NCBI GenBank assembly: GCA_017993235.1
Contig: JAGONC010000001.1
Location: 2,880 to 66,879 of the forward strand
DNA: 64,000 nt
From: Lentimicrobiaceae bacterium
GTDB lineage: Bacteria; Bacteroidota; Bacteroidia; Bacteroidales; JAGONC01
Reading direction: 5' to 3'
Shown: piece by piece, positions 38,595 through 47,308 of the stretch
Layout: every line of letters starts with the position of its first letter
How positions within the stretch are numbered: position 1 is the first letter of the stretch
Notes under the pieces: model-generated
What the model saw: the letters and a program-made list of their open reading frames with translations, nothing else
What the model was told of the DNA's origin: nothing
Databases searched by the model: none
Position numbers and translations under genes: made by a program

Positions 38595-40004
38595 ATGGCA
38601 CTAATTAAATCGATTTCAGGGATTCGGGGAACGATGGGAGGATTGCCAGGTAAGGGTCTGACACCTCCTGACATCATGAAGTTTTCCGTTGGTTTTGCCA
38701 AATTCTTACTTTCCCGGAAGAGGACACGGCCGGTTCAGGTGGTCATCGGAAGGGATGCCCGCCAGTCGGGCGACATGGTTTCAGGGATTGTCTCGGGGAC
38801 CTTGCTGGGCATGGGTATCCATGTCATTGACCTGGGCCTTACCACAACCCCGACGCTGGAAATCGCCGTGAGTGAGACCGGTTCATCGGGGGGCGTCATG
38901 ATCACTGCCAGCCACAATGCAAAGCAATGGAACGCCCTGAAGCTGCTGAACCGGTATGGTGAGTTCCTGTCCCGGGCCGATGGCGACAAGGTCCTGCAGC
39001 TGGCTGAATCGAAGGATGTGGAATATGTTGTGCATGGCGACATTGGCCACTACAGGCGGGACGACACTTTTTTGCTGAAGCATATAGAAAAGATCCTGCG
39101 GCTGCCCCTTGTCAACCTGGCCGCAATTAAAAAGGCGGATTTCCGGATCGTGGTGGATCCGGTGAATTCCACCGGCGGGATCGCAGTGCCTCTTCTGCTG
39201 GAGAAACTGGGCGTACGACAGGTGACCCTGCTTAACGGTGAGGTGAACGGTGATTTCGCACATCCTCCGGAGCCCCTGCCCGAGAACCTGACGGAGCTCG
39301 CGGCAACAGTCGTCAGAAATAGGGCGCACCTTGGATTTGCGGTCGATCCCGATGTGGACCGGCTGGCCATCGTACAGGAAGATGGCGACATGTTCGGGGA
39401 GGAATATACGCTGGTCGCTGTGGCCGACTACGTACTGAAGCATCAGAAGGGCAATACGGTGTCGAACATGTCGTCGACCATTGCGCTGAAAGACATTACG
39501 GAAAAGGCAGGCGGGAAGCATTATGCATCGGCTGTCGGCGAGATCAACGTGGTTCACCTGATGAAGGAAGTCAAAGCCGTCATCGGCGGTGAAGGCAATG
39601 GCGGGGTCATTTATCCTGATCTTCATTACGGAAGGGATGCGCTGGTGGGTATCGCGCTTTTTCTCTCCCATCTTGCACTTACCGGCAAATCATGTTCGGT
39701 GCTCAAAAGCCGGTTGCCCTACTATACGATCTCCAAGAACAAGATCACGGTCCCTTCGGATGTTGACCTGGATCATGTTTTCAGCGGATTACTGACCAAA
39801 TATGCGGGCCATCCCATCAACCGGGACGATGGCGTCCGGATCGAGTTCGGTAAAGACTGGGTACACATCCGCCGATCGAATACCGAGCCCATCCTGAGGA
39901 TCTATGCCGAAAGCGATTCCCAGGCAAAGGTCGAGGTGCTGGTCAGGAAGATCATTGCTGATATCGGTGAGGTGATCCGCCTGAATGGAAGCTATCCGGA
40001 TTGA
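38595..40004 (+). CDS. glmM: phosphoglucosamine mutase / phosphohexomutase
   Basis: GIRGTMG, active-site ITASHNAKQWNALK, metal loop AVDPDVDRLA, GGEGNGG. Confidence 0.85.
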   Translation: MALIKSISGIRGTMGGLPGKGLTPPDIMKFSVGFAKFLLSRKRTRPVQVVIGRDARQSGDMVSGIVSGTLLGMGIHVIDLGLTTTPTLEIAVSETGSSGGVMITASHNAKQWNALKLLNRYGEFLSRADGDKVLQLAESKDVEYVVHGDIGHYRRDDTFLLKHIEKILRLPLVNLAAIKKADFRIVVDPVNSTGGIAVPLLLEKLGVRQVTLLNGEVNGDFAHPPEPLPENLTELAATVVRNRAHLGFAVDPDVDRLAIVQEDGDMFGEEYTLVAVADYVLKHQKGNTVSNMSSTIALKDITEKAGGKHYASAVGEINVVHLMKEVKAVIGGEGNGGVIYPDLHYGRDALVGIALFLSHLALTGKSCSVLKSRLPYYTISKNKITVPSDVDLDHVFSGLLTKYAGHPINRDDGVRIEFGKDWVHIRRSNTEPILRIYAESDSQAKVEVLVRKIIADIGEVIRLNGSYPD

Positions 40005-40006
40005 TA

Positions 40007-40173
40007 GAGGCTGTATCATAATACAATTTAACCACGGAGATCACGGAAGAATGTACGGAGATCACGGAGTTTAAATTACTCGTTATCAATCCTCAGTGTT
40101 CTCCCTACTCCTCTGTTATCTCCGTGGTTTCATAAAACATCCATTTTGACACACCCTCGCAGGGGTGGGGTAC
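40007..40173 (+). mobile_element. MITE-like repeat element, copy A (left end truncated/diverged)
   Basis: Aligns over ~165 bp with 47127-47295: GAGGCTGT(A/G)TCA(T/A)AATACAATTTAACCACGGAG...TTTAAATTACTCGTTATCAATCCTC...TCCGTGGTTT...CATCCATTTTGACACACCCTCG...GGGGTAC. Contains a ~38-bp imperfect internal hairpin built from CACGGAG repeats. Confidence 0.75.
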
Positions 40174-40586
40174 TAATCCTTAAATCCGATCTTCAGATGG
40201 GTGCCGTCGCAATAGGGTTTGTTGCCGGAGCCTCCGCAGCGGCACAGGGCCACATTCTCCTTGATCGTGGTCTTGCCGTCTTTCCCTTTGAATTTGATCT
40301 TTCCGTGGATCTGAAAAGGACCATCGGGCACCGCTTCGATGGTGCCGATGACGGTGGCAAAGGATAATTCCTCGTTCATATAGTAACTGAGTGCGCCGGA
40401 AGGACATTTTTTGATCTGCTCAATGATCTTTTCGGTCGGGGCGCCGTTAGCATTGATCCAGGGCGAATTGGCGGCATCGAAGACACCGGGCAGGCCCCGG
40501 AAACAATTGGTGGAGTGGAAACACTTCCTGGGTTTCCACACAATCGTTACTTCCCCGTTCGTGTATTCTTTGGCGATCTCTTCCAT
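40173..40586 (-). CDS. fusion of a divergent mono-cluster 4Fe-4S (YjdI-like) domain and a CDGSH iron-sulfur domain
   Basis: N-terminal VTIVWKPRKCFHSTNCFRGLP...KKCPSGAL. C-terminal CRCGGSGNKPYCDGTH (CDGSH signature). Confidence 0.8.
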   Translation of the reverse strand: MEEIAKEYTNGEVTIVWKPRKCFHSTNCFRGLPGVFDAANSPWINANGAPTEKIIEQIKKCPSGALSYYMNEELSFATVIGTIEAVPDGPFQIHGKIKFKGKDGKTTIKENVALCRCGGSGNKPYCDGTHLKIGFKD

Positions 40587-40611
40587 GGTACATCAATGTT
40601 GAGGTTACGGA

Positions 40612-40619
40612 CAAATATA
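40612..40619 (-). promoter_or_regulatory. -7 box TATATTTG upstream of the CDGSH gene
   Basis: Plus-strand CAAATATA, 26 nt upstream of ATG 40586. Confidence 0.45.
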
Positions 40620-40716
40620 CAATAAAGATTATAAAATTACGATACCTCCTGGAAATTGCATCAATAGATGACAATGAATTTATGCGATCTTTTTTAGGAA
40701 ATTCAATTTGTATCGC

Positions 40717-40724
40717 TAATTTTG
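40717..40724 (+). promoter_or_regulatory. -7 box TAATTTTG upstream of the DHOD-like gene
   Basis: Matches TAnnTTTG, 46 nt upstream of ATG 40770. Confidence 0.45.
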
Positions 40725-40769
40725 TTTATTGATTAACACTCCGATTTATCCATTAAATTTTTTTTTACG

Positions 40770-41762
40770 ATGGCTGACCTTTCCACAACCTACATGGGAC
40801 TGAAGCTGAAAAATCCGGTCATTGCCGGTAGCTCAGGGATGACACACACGGTTGAAAACATCATTGAGGTTGAGAAGAACGGCGGGGCCGCTGTCGTTCT
40901 GAAATCCCTTTTTGAGGAGCAGATCCGGCACGAGATCAATAAGTCGCTGAGCCAGAGCGTGACCGACACACCCTATGCCTATGCGGAAGCCATGGATTAT
41001 ATCAGCACCTATTCAAAGGAAAATGTCCTTGGGGAGTACCTTTCCACGATCCGTGAGGCGAAAAAGCGTGTTGCCATACCCATCATCGCCAGCATCAACT
41101 GCACCTCTCCCCATGAATGGATCACCTTCGCCCGAAAGGTTCAGGAAGCCGGTGCAGATGCGCTGGAACTGAATATATTCATTTTGCCCTCCGATCCGCG
41201 CGTAAACGGGGAAGAGAACAAACAGATCTATATTGATGTCATTCAAAGCGTATTGAGGCAGATCACCATTCCCCTGTCGGTGAAGATCAGCTATTATTTC
41301 TCCGATCTGGCCAAATTTGCGCTGAAATTATCCTGGACGGGTATCTCCGGCCTGGTGCTGTTCAACCGATTCTTTTCACCCGATATCGACATAGAGAATT
41401 TCAAGGTGACATCAACCAACGTCCTCAGCACCCCTGACGAGCTATCCACCTCCCTGCGCTGGGTCGCCATCCTGTCGGATAAGGTACACTGCGATATAGC
41501 TGCATCCACGGGTGTGCACGATGGTAAAGCGGTCATCAAGCAGCTGCTCGCAGGAGCAAAGGCAGTAGAAATCGTTTCGGCGTTGTACATAAACGGGTAT
41601 GGCCATATCGGTACGATGCTGGCTGAGGTCGAGGACTGGATGGAAAGGCACAATTTCAGCCGGATCGATGATTTCCTGGGCATGCTCAGCTATAAAAAGG
41701 CCGAAAATCCTGCCCCCTACGAGAGGGTGCAGTTTATGAAGCATTTTGCGGGAATAGAATAG
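40770..41762 (+). CDS. dihydroorotate dehydrogenase-like (class 1 PyrD family) flavoprotein
   Basis: YMGLKLKNPVIAGSSGMT, ELNIF and TGVHDGKAVIKQLLAGAKAVEIVSAL motifs of the TIM-barrel DHOD family. Confidence 0.75.
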   Translation: MADLSTTYMGLKLKNPVIAGSSGMTHTVENIIEVEKNGGAAVVLKSLFEEQIRHEINKSLSQSVTDTPYAYAEAMDYISTYSKENVLGEYLSTIREAKKRVAIPIIASINCTSPHEWITFARKVQEAGADALELNIFILPSDPRVNGEENKQIYIDVIQSVLRQITIPLSVKISYYFSDLAKFALKLSWTGISGLVLFNRFFSPDIDIENFKVTSTNVLSTPDELSTSLRWVAILSDKVHCDIAASTGVHDGKAVIKQLLAGAKAVEIVSALYINGYGHIGTMLAEVEDWMERHNFSRIDDFLGMLSYKKAENPAPYERVQFMKHFAGIE

Positions 41763-41765
41763 AGA

Positions 41766-41794
41766 GGCATAAGGGGTAAGGCATAAGGCATAAG
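41766..41794. repeat. heptanucleotide tandem array (GCATAAG x3 + GGGTAAG)
   Basis: Four units in 7-bp register, between the DHOD-like gene stop and the GT2 start. Confidence 0.85.
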
Positions 41795-41803
41795 AGATGC
41801 AAA

Positions 41804-43015
41804 ATGAGAGTGTTTGTGGCGGTGCCGTGTTTAAATGAATCGGAGTATATTCTTTCCTTTTTATCCTGTATCAGGAAACAGTCCTTAAGCGATTTCGAAT
41901 TAATTGTGTGTGTGAACCAGCCGGATTCATGGTGGAACGATCCGGCAAAAAGGCCTGTGTGCGATGATAACCAGCTGACGCTGGAAATCTTACACCGGTG
42001 CAGCGATCTTCCCCTGACGGTCATCGACCGTTGCTCGCCGGGCAATGGATGGCAAGGAAACCATTTCGGCGTGGGATGGGCGCGGAAGACCGTCATGGAT
42101 GCCATCAACAGCAAAGCGGATAAAAATGATATTCTGGTCAGCCTCGATGCTGATACCGAATTCGGGGATCCGTACCTGGCTTCGGTACAGGATAATTTTT
42201 TGCGGCATCCGGAACACGTCGGCTTATCGGTGCCTTACTATCACCGGCTGACCGGCGACGAGGTGGCCGACCGTTGCATCCTCCGCTACGAGATCTATAT
42301 GCGGTACTATGCGCTGAACATGTGGCGGATCAACAACCCGTACCGATTTACGGCCATAGGCTCGGCAATGGCATTCCCGGTATGGGCCTACCGGACCGTC
42401 GGAGGGATCACACCGCATAAGAGCGGGGAGGATTTTTATTTTATGCAGAAACTCGCCAAATACGGAAAGATCCTGCACTGGAACAGCGAGCGCGTCTACC
42501 CGGCCGCCCGTTTTTCCGACCGTGTCTTTTTCGGCACCGGCCCAGCGATGATCAAAGGCAGGACCGGAGACTGGAGCAGCTATCCCATCTACCCATACCC
42601 GCTGTTCAATGACATCATGACCACCTATGACCTCTTTCCGTCGCTCTATGAAACTGATCGGGATACACCCATGACAGGATTCCTCAAAGAAGTATTCAAA
42701 ACAGACGACCCCTGGCAGCCCCTGCGAAAGAATTACCGCACCCGGGAGCAGTTTGTCAGGGCATGCATCAATAAGGTTGACGGTCTGCGGGTCCTGCAAT
42801 ACCTGAAAGCGAAACACAAAGCGAACAGGCGTTCGGATGAGGAGAATCTGAGGGAGTTCTTTAAGCTCAAACAGCAAACAGCAAACAGCAAACAGCAAAT
42901 ATTTGAACTGGAGAAGCTTGATTTTGGCTTATCACCGGTTTCAGAGCTGGATGCCATCAGGAACTTTTTATTCGCTACATTGTTTAATATTCCAGGATCT
43001 CATTCAGCCCTTTAA
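41804..43015 (+). CDS. glycosyltransferase family 2
   Basis: MRVFVAVPCLNESEYILSFL..., LIVCVNQPDS, SLDADTEF (DxD). The last ~45 codons follow an in-frame-critical heptamer array, and the last 32 nt overlap the 3' end of the convergent mazF-like gene. Confidence 0.75.
   Translation: MRVFVAVPCLNESEYILSFLSCIRKQSLSDFELIVCVNQPDSWWNDPAKRPVCDDNQLTLEILHRCSDLPLTVIDRCSPGNGWQGNHFGVGWARKTVMDAINSKADKNDILVSLDADTEFGDPYLASVQDNFLRHPEHVGLSVPYYHRLTGDEVADRCILRYEIYMRYYALNMWRINNPYRFTAIGSAMAFPVWAYRTVGGITPHKSGEDFYFMQKLAKYGKILHWNSERVYPAARFSDRVFFGTGPAMIKGRTGDWSSYPIYPYPLFNDIMTTYDLFPSLYETDRDTPMTGFLKEVFKTDDPWQPLRKNYRTREQFVRACINKVDGLRVLQYLKAKHKANRRSDEENLREFFKLKQQTANSKQQIFELEKLDFGLSPVSELDAIRNFLFATLFNIPGSHSAL
42868..42899. 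repeat. heptanucleotide tandem array (CAAACAG x4.5) inside the GT2 coding sequence
   Basis: CAAACAGCAAACAGCAAACAGCAAACAGCAAA, translated as KQQTANSKQQ. Confidence 0.9.
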
Positions 43016-43316
43016 CTACACGATCCAGTTGCTCCACGGTAATCTCTCCCATTTTCCGTATCAGTCGTTCCCTGGCGATGGTCCTGACCTGAAAGGTGAT
43101 GATCTCGGAGTCCTGATCAAGTCCATTGGTTTCATTCTTGCTGAGCACCGTACAACCAGTGTAGTTTTTAATGACAGAACTCAGCGGGCAGGCAATACAG
43201 ATACCCAGATGATCATTCATGGCATTTCCGCTGATGATCACCACAGGCCGGATTCCTCTTTGTTCACTCCCTTTTACAGGATTCAGATCCGAGATCCAGA
43301 TTTCCCGCTGTTTCAT
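42984..43316 (-). CDS. mazF: type II toxin, PemK/MazF family endoribonuclease
   Basis: 110 aa. MKQREIWISDLNPVKGSEQRGIRPVVIISGNAMN is a typical MazF/PemK N-terminus. Confidence 0.85.
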   Translation of the reverse strand: MKQREIWISDLNPVKGSEQRGIRPVVIISGNAMNDHLGICIACPLSSVIKNYTGCTVLSKNETNGLDQDSEIITFQVRTIARERLIRKMGEITVEQLDRVVKGLNEILEY

Positions 43317-43558
43317 TCTTTCTCCTCCAGTATCTTCAGGTAATCTTCAAGTCCTTCTTCTGCCATAGTCAGCATATCAGGATCACCGGCTGCCTTTTTG
43401 AATGAATAAGTATATTCAGCTTTTTTGAGTCTTCTGAAATAGGCATTCAGCGCCTGTTCGAGAATATGATTCTTCGGTACGTTGAACTTCTGTGCGTAAT
43501 GATCCAGCAACCCGATCAGATCCGATGGAAGCGAGCTTGTAAATGTGATGGATTTCAT
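43313..43558 (-). CDS. ribbon-helix-helix-type antitoxin partner of the MazF-like toxin
   Basis: 81 aa. ATGA overlap with the toxin. N-terminal beta-strand plus helix pattern KSITFTSSLPSDLIGLLDHYAQKFNVPKNHILEQALNAYF. Acidic C-terminus. Confidence 0.7.
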   Translation of the reverse strand: MKSITFTSSLPSDLIGLLDHYAQKFNVPKNHILEQALNAYFRRLKKAEYTYSFKKAAGDPDMLTMAEEGLEDYLKILEEKE

Positions 43559-43572
43559 GGCAATATTTTTTG

Positions 43573-43580
43573 CAAATATA
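43573..43580 (-). promoter_or_regulatory. -7 box TATATTTG upstream of the antitoxin-toxin operon
   Basis: Plus-strand CAAATATA, 15 nt upstream of ATG 43558. This would give a very short leader. Confidence 0.4.
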
Positions 43581-43607
43581 ATCTATATTTAAAAAATATA
43601 CATAAAT

Positions 43608-43690
43608 AATGTAACGAAGTAGGCGATGTAACGACATTCGAGGGACCTTCGTTACATCGTTATATCGTTACATCGCTATATCGTTACATC
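43608..43690. repeat. TGTAACGA / TCGTTACA motif cluster between the antitoxin and miaA genes
   Basis: ATGTAACGAAG (43609-43619) and CTTCGTTACAT (43648-43658) form an 11-bp perfect inverted repeat. A further TGTAACGA lies at 43627. Three tandem ~14-bp units (TATCGTTACATCGC) follow. Confidence 0.8.
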
Positions 43691-43706
43691 TTTTTACCTT
43701 TGCCCC

Positions 43707-44615
43707 ATGATCACGATTCTCGGCCCGACGGCTTCCGGAAAGACACGTCTTGCCGCGCGAGTGGCGGCGCGCATCAGCGGCGAGATTCTCTCGGCCGACT
43801 CCCGCCAGGTATACCGCGGTATGGATCTGGGAACAGGAAAGGACCGTGGGGACTACGTTGTGGAGGGGAAAACGGTGCCATACCACCTGATTGATATCGT
43901 TGATCCGGGTTACGAATACAACGTCTATGAATACCAGCGGGATTTTGCAGCTGCCTATTACGATATTGTATCGCGGGGAATGATACCGGTTCTCTGCGGG
44001 GGGACAGGCATGTACCTCGAGGCGGTATTGAAGGGATACGAACTGCATCACGTTCCCGAAAATCAGCAACTCCGTTCGGAGCTGGAACAAATGCCGCACG
44101 AAGATCTCGTCAACCAGCTATCATCCTATAAACCTCTCCACAATGTTTCCGATGTTTCCGACCGCGACCGCCTCGTCCGCGCCATCGAGATCCAGTCGTT
44201 TTATCGTCTTCACCCGCAACTCAGCCAACCGGCAGTGGATCCGGATCCCCTGATCTTCGGCATACTCTTCGACCGGCTGGTCCTTCGCCAAAGGATCACC
44301 GACCGGCTGCACGACCGGTTGCATAAGGGTATGGGGCAAGAGGTGAGACAACTCCTAGCCGCCGGCCTCCGCCCGGAACAGCTTACCTTCTATGGGCTGG
44401 AATATAAGTTTCTTACACGGTATGTCCTGGGTGAGCTGACCTATGAACAAATGGCCAAACTGCTTACCATCGCCATCCACCAGTTCGCCAAACGCCAGAT
44501 GACCTGGTTCCGGCGTATGGAAAGGAACGGCCTGAGGATCCACTGGATCGACGGAACCATCCCGGAAGAAGAAAAAGTGGAAATAGTTTTGCGAAAGATG
44601 AACAAAGTTGTTTGA
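43707..44615 (+). CDS. miaA: tRNA dimethylallyltransferase
   Basis: P-loop ILGPTASGKT, SADSRQVYRGMDLGTGK, QMTWFRR. Confidence 0.9.
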   Translation: MITILGPTASGKTRLAARVAARISGEILSADSRQVYRGMDLGTGKDRGDYVVEGKTVPYHLIDIVDPGYEYNVYEYQRDFAAAYYDIVSRGMIPVLCGGTGMYLEAVLKGYELHHVPENQQLRSELEQMPHEDLVNQLSSYKPLHNVSDVSDRDRLVRAIEIQSFYRLHPQLSQPAVDPDPLIFGILFDRLVLRQRITDRLHDRLHKGMGQEVRQLLAAGLRPEQLTFYGLEYKFLTRYVLGELTYEQMAKLLTIAIHQFAKRQMTWFRRMERNGLRIHWIDGTIPEEEKVEIVLRKMNKVV

Positions 44616-44661
44616 TCTTTTGTTTATGAAAGTTAAACAAAGAAAGTAAAATCACCTTTCA

Positions 44662-47052
44662 ATGAAACACATATTTGTACTGCTGTTATTCACAACCATT
44701 TCGGTTCAGGCTTTTGCACAAACGGGCTCCATACGGGGCCGCGTGTTCGACGCTACCACCAATGAACCGCTGCCCTTTACCAACATGATCGTCTGGGGTG
44801 AGCCCACGATCGGCTCGGTGTCGGACCTGGACGGAAATTTTATCTTTACGGCGATCAAGCCGGGATTTGCACGGCTGCAGGTTACCTCGGTGGGTTACGA
44901 GGATAAGATCACCGAGGAGATCCAGGTGATCAACAACAAGGAAACCTACATCGACATACCCATGACGCCTCTTGTCGTCCAGTTGCAGGGCGTGGTCGTC
45001 ACGGTGTCGCCGTTCATGAAGAACGATGAGAGCCCGCTTTCGATGCAGACGCTCGGCATTTCCGAGATTGAGAAGAATCCGGGCGGTAACCGCGACATCT
45101 CCAAGGTGGTTCAGGTACTCCCCGGGGTGGGAGCGACACCGTTCGGATTTCGTAACGATCTGATCGTCAGGGGAGGCGGACCCAGCGAAAACCGCTTCTA
45201 CCTCGACGATATCGAAATACCCTACCTGAATCATTTCTCCACCCAGGGCGCATCGGGGGGACCAACCGGGATCCTCAATGTTGACTTCGTCAGGGAAGTG
45301 AACTTCTATTCCGGTGCATTCCCCGCCGACCGCGGAAATGCCATGAGCTCCGTGCTGGAATTCAAACAGAAGGAAGGCAACCGCGATAAGGTGAAATTCC
45401 GTGCCACCGTTGGAGCCAGCGACCTTGGCCTTACCCTGGACGGACCCATGGGTGAGAAGACCAATTTTATTTTTTCCGTGAGACGATCCTACCTTCAGTT
45501 GCTTTTCAGCGTTCTCGAATTGCCTTTCCTGCCAACGTACAACGACTACCAGTTCAAGATCAAGCATGACTTCGACAAGAAAAATCAGCTCAGCATCATC
45601 AGCGTCGGCGCCCTCGACAACTCGAAACTCAATACGGGAATCAAGGATCCGACGGATGACCAGAAATATCTTCTGGGCTATCTTCCTGTCAATGAACAGT
45701 GGAGCTATACCATTGGAGCCGTTTACAAGCATTTTGGCGATAAGGGATACCATACCCTGGTGCTGAGCAGGAACATGCTTAATAATGTGGCCTATAAATA
45801 TGAAGACAACGATGAGGATGATCCGGCCAAAAAACTGCTCGATCTGCAATCGCAGGAAATTGAGAACAAGCTGCGGTACGAAAAAAATATAACCCTATCA
45901 GGATACAGGCTCAATTACGGAGCCGGTGTGGAATATGCAAAATACAACATCGAGAACTTCCAGAAAGTCTTTATCGCCAACGAACAGCAGATTCTTGATC
46001 AGTATTCATCCATCGATCTTTTCAAATACAGCCTGTTTGGACAGGTCAGCAAGGGATATGTCCGGGATCGTCTTACGCTTTCGCTGGGATTGAGGATGGA
46101 TGGAAGCAGCTACAGCAAGGAGGTGGCGAATCCCCTGGAGCAAATCTCTCCGCGTTTCTCTGCTTCGTATTCACTCACAAAGCAGTTCTACCTGAATTTC
46201 AATACGGGCCGGTTTTACCAGCTGCCTCCCTATACGATGCTGGGGCACCGCAACAATGAAGGAACTCTGGTAAACAAGGATCTGGGCCTGAAGTACATCT
46301 ACGTCGACCAGCTCGTCGGTGGTGTGGAGTATCGTCCCAATGATGATGCACGCCTTACGGTTGAAGGTTTTTACAAACACTACGCCGACTATCCCTTTTC
46401 GGTCACTGATTCGGTTTCCATGGCCTCCAAGGGAGCTGATTTTGGCATATACGGCGACGAGGCCGTCACATCCACATCTAAGGGGCGGACCTACGGATTG
46501 GAGATCTATTTCAGGGACACCGACCTGATGGGATTCAACATACTGGCTTCGTATACGCTGGTCCGAAGCGAGTTCACCGATTTAAAGCAAGCGTACATTC
46601 CGTCAGCATGGGATAACAAGCATCTGTTCAACATTACCGTGATCCGCCAGTTCGGGAAAAACTGGAACGCCGGGATCAAGTGGCGTTTTGCGGGTGGTGC
46701 ACCCTACTCGCCGGCCGATCTCGACAAGTCGAGCCTGATCGAGGCCTGGGAGGTGAACAACCGCGCCATCCCGGATTATGACCTGTATAACACATTGCGG
46801 TTGAGTAGGTTTCATCAGCTGGATGTCCGTGTTGATAAAGAATTCTTCTTTAAAAAATGGTCGCTGAACCTGTACATAGATATCCAGAATGTTTATAATT
46901 TTAAAGCTGAAACCGCCCCTGACTATACGAATCTTGATACGAACGGCATTCCGGTGATCAATCCCACGGATCCCACACGGTATGTGCTGAGAAAGATCGG
47001 TAATGATACCGGGACCGTTTTGCCGACGATCGGGGTGATTGTGGAGTTCTGA
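44662..47052 (+). CDS. TonB-dependent receptor with N-terminal carboxypeptidase-regulatory-like domain
   Basis: Signal peptide, then GSIRGRVFDATTNEPLPFTNMIV...DGNFIF (CarbopepD_reg), a plug region and a long beta-barrel ending ...LPTIGVIVEF. Confidence 0.85.
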   Translation: MKHIFVLLLFTTISVQAFAQTGSIRGRVFDATTNEPLPFTNMIVWGEPTIGSVSDLDGNFIFTAIKPGFARLQVTSVGYEDKITEEIQVINNKETYIDIPMTPLVVQLQGVVVTVSPFMKNDESPLSMQTLGISEIEKNPGGNRDISKVVQVLPGVGATPFGFRNDLIVRGGGPSENRFYLDDIEIPYLNHFSTQGASGGPTGILNVDFVREVNFYSGAFPADRGNAMSSVLEFKQKEGNRDKVKFRATVGASDLGLTLDGPMGEKTNFIFSVRRSYLQLLFSVLELPFLPTYNDYQFKIKHDFDKKNQLSIISVGALDNSKLNTGIKDPTDDQKYLLGYLPVNEQWSYTIGAVYKHFGDKGYHTLVLSRNMLNNVAYKYEDNDEDDPAKKLLDLQSQEIENKLRYEKNITLSGYRLNYGAGVEYAKYNIENFQKVFIANEQQILDQYSSIDLFKYSLFGQVSKGYVRDRLTLSLGLRMDGSSYSKEVANPLEQISPRFSASYSLTKQFYLNFNTGRFYQLPPYTMLGHRNNEGTLVNKDLGLKYIYVDQLVGGVEYRPNDDARLTVEGFYKHYADYPFSVTDSVSMASKGADFGIYGDEAVTSTSKGRTYGLEIYFRDTDLMGFNILASYTLVRSEFTDLKQAYIPSAWDNKHLFNITVIRQFGKNWNAGIKWRFAGGAPYSPADLDKSSLIEAWEVNNRAIPDYDLYNTLRLSRFHQLDVRVDKEFFFKKWSLNLYIDIQNVYNFKAETAPDYTNLDTNGIPVINPTDPTRYVLRKIGNDTGTVLPTIGVIVEF

Positions 47053-47106
47053 GGCACAAAGGCACAAAGACACAAAGGAATTTGATTTTTGATTTTGCTA
47101 TTTGAA
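47053..47106. repeat. two adjacent short tandem arrays (GGCACAAA x3, then TTTGATT x2-3)
   Basis: Directly after the TonB-dependent receptor stop and abutting MITE copy B. Confidence 0.8.
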
Positions 47107-47110
47107 AACA

Positions 47111-47295
47111 TACCCTACCCCTGCATGAGGCTGTGTCAAAATACAATTTAACCACGGAGGGCACGGAGAATGCACGGAGATCACGGAGTTTAAATTACTC
47201 GTTATCAATCCTCTGTGTTCTCCGTACTCCTCTGTGATCTTCGTGGTTTAAGAAAAAACATCCATTTTGACACACCCTCGACGGGGGAGGGGTAC
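47111..47295 (+). mobile_element. MITE-like repeat element, copy B (both terminal inverted repeats present)
   Basis: Left end TACCCTACCCCTGCATGAGGCTGTGTCAAAAT versus the reverse complement of the right end, TACCCCTCCCCCGTCGAGGGTGTGTCAAAAT. This gives a ~31-bp imperfect TIR. Internal sequence as in copy A. Confidence 0.75.
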
Positions 47296-47308
47296 AAAAA
47301 CGAACGAG

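Noticed and set aside
40146-40367. ORFs starting inside the MITE-like copies (40146..40367, 47215..47496, and the 47267 start of the lipoprotein ORF)
   Set aside because: They begin at non-ATG codons within repeat sequence (MTHPRRG... in both copies). The first is antisense to the CDGSH gene. For the lipoprotein, an ATG with a proper lipobox follows at 47309.
42903-43343. 146-aa plus-strand ORF antisense to the mazF-like gene
   Set aside because: There is no independent support. It is only relevant as the frame that the GT2 gene would enter after a one-unit change of the heptamer array (see findings).
43695-43702. TACCTTTG as the miaA -7 promoter box
   Set aside because: It matches TAnnTTTG but lies only 5 nt before the ATG at 43707, which would place the TSS inside the coding sequence. 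That is inconsistent unless the start codon is wrong.
44617-44646. AT-rich hairpin TTTGTTTA-TGAAAGT-TAAACAAA after miaA as a terminator
   Set aside because: The stem is only 8 bp of nearly pure A/T and is not followed by a T-run. That is too weak to call.
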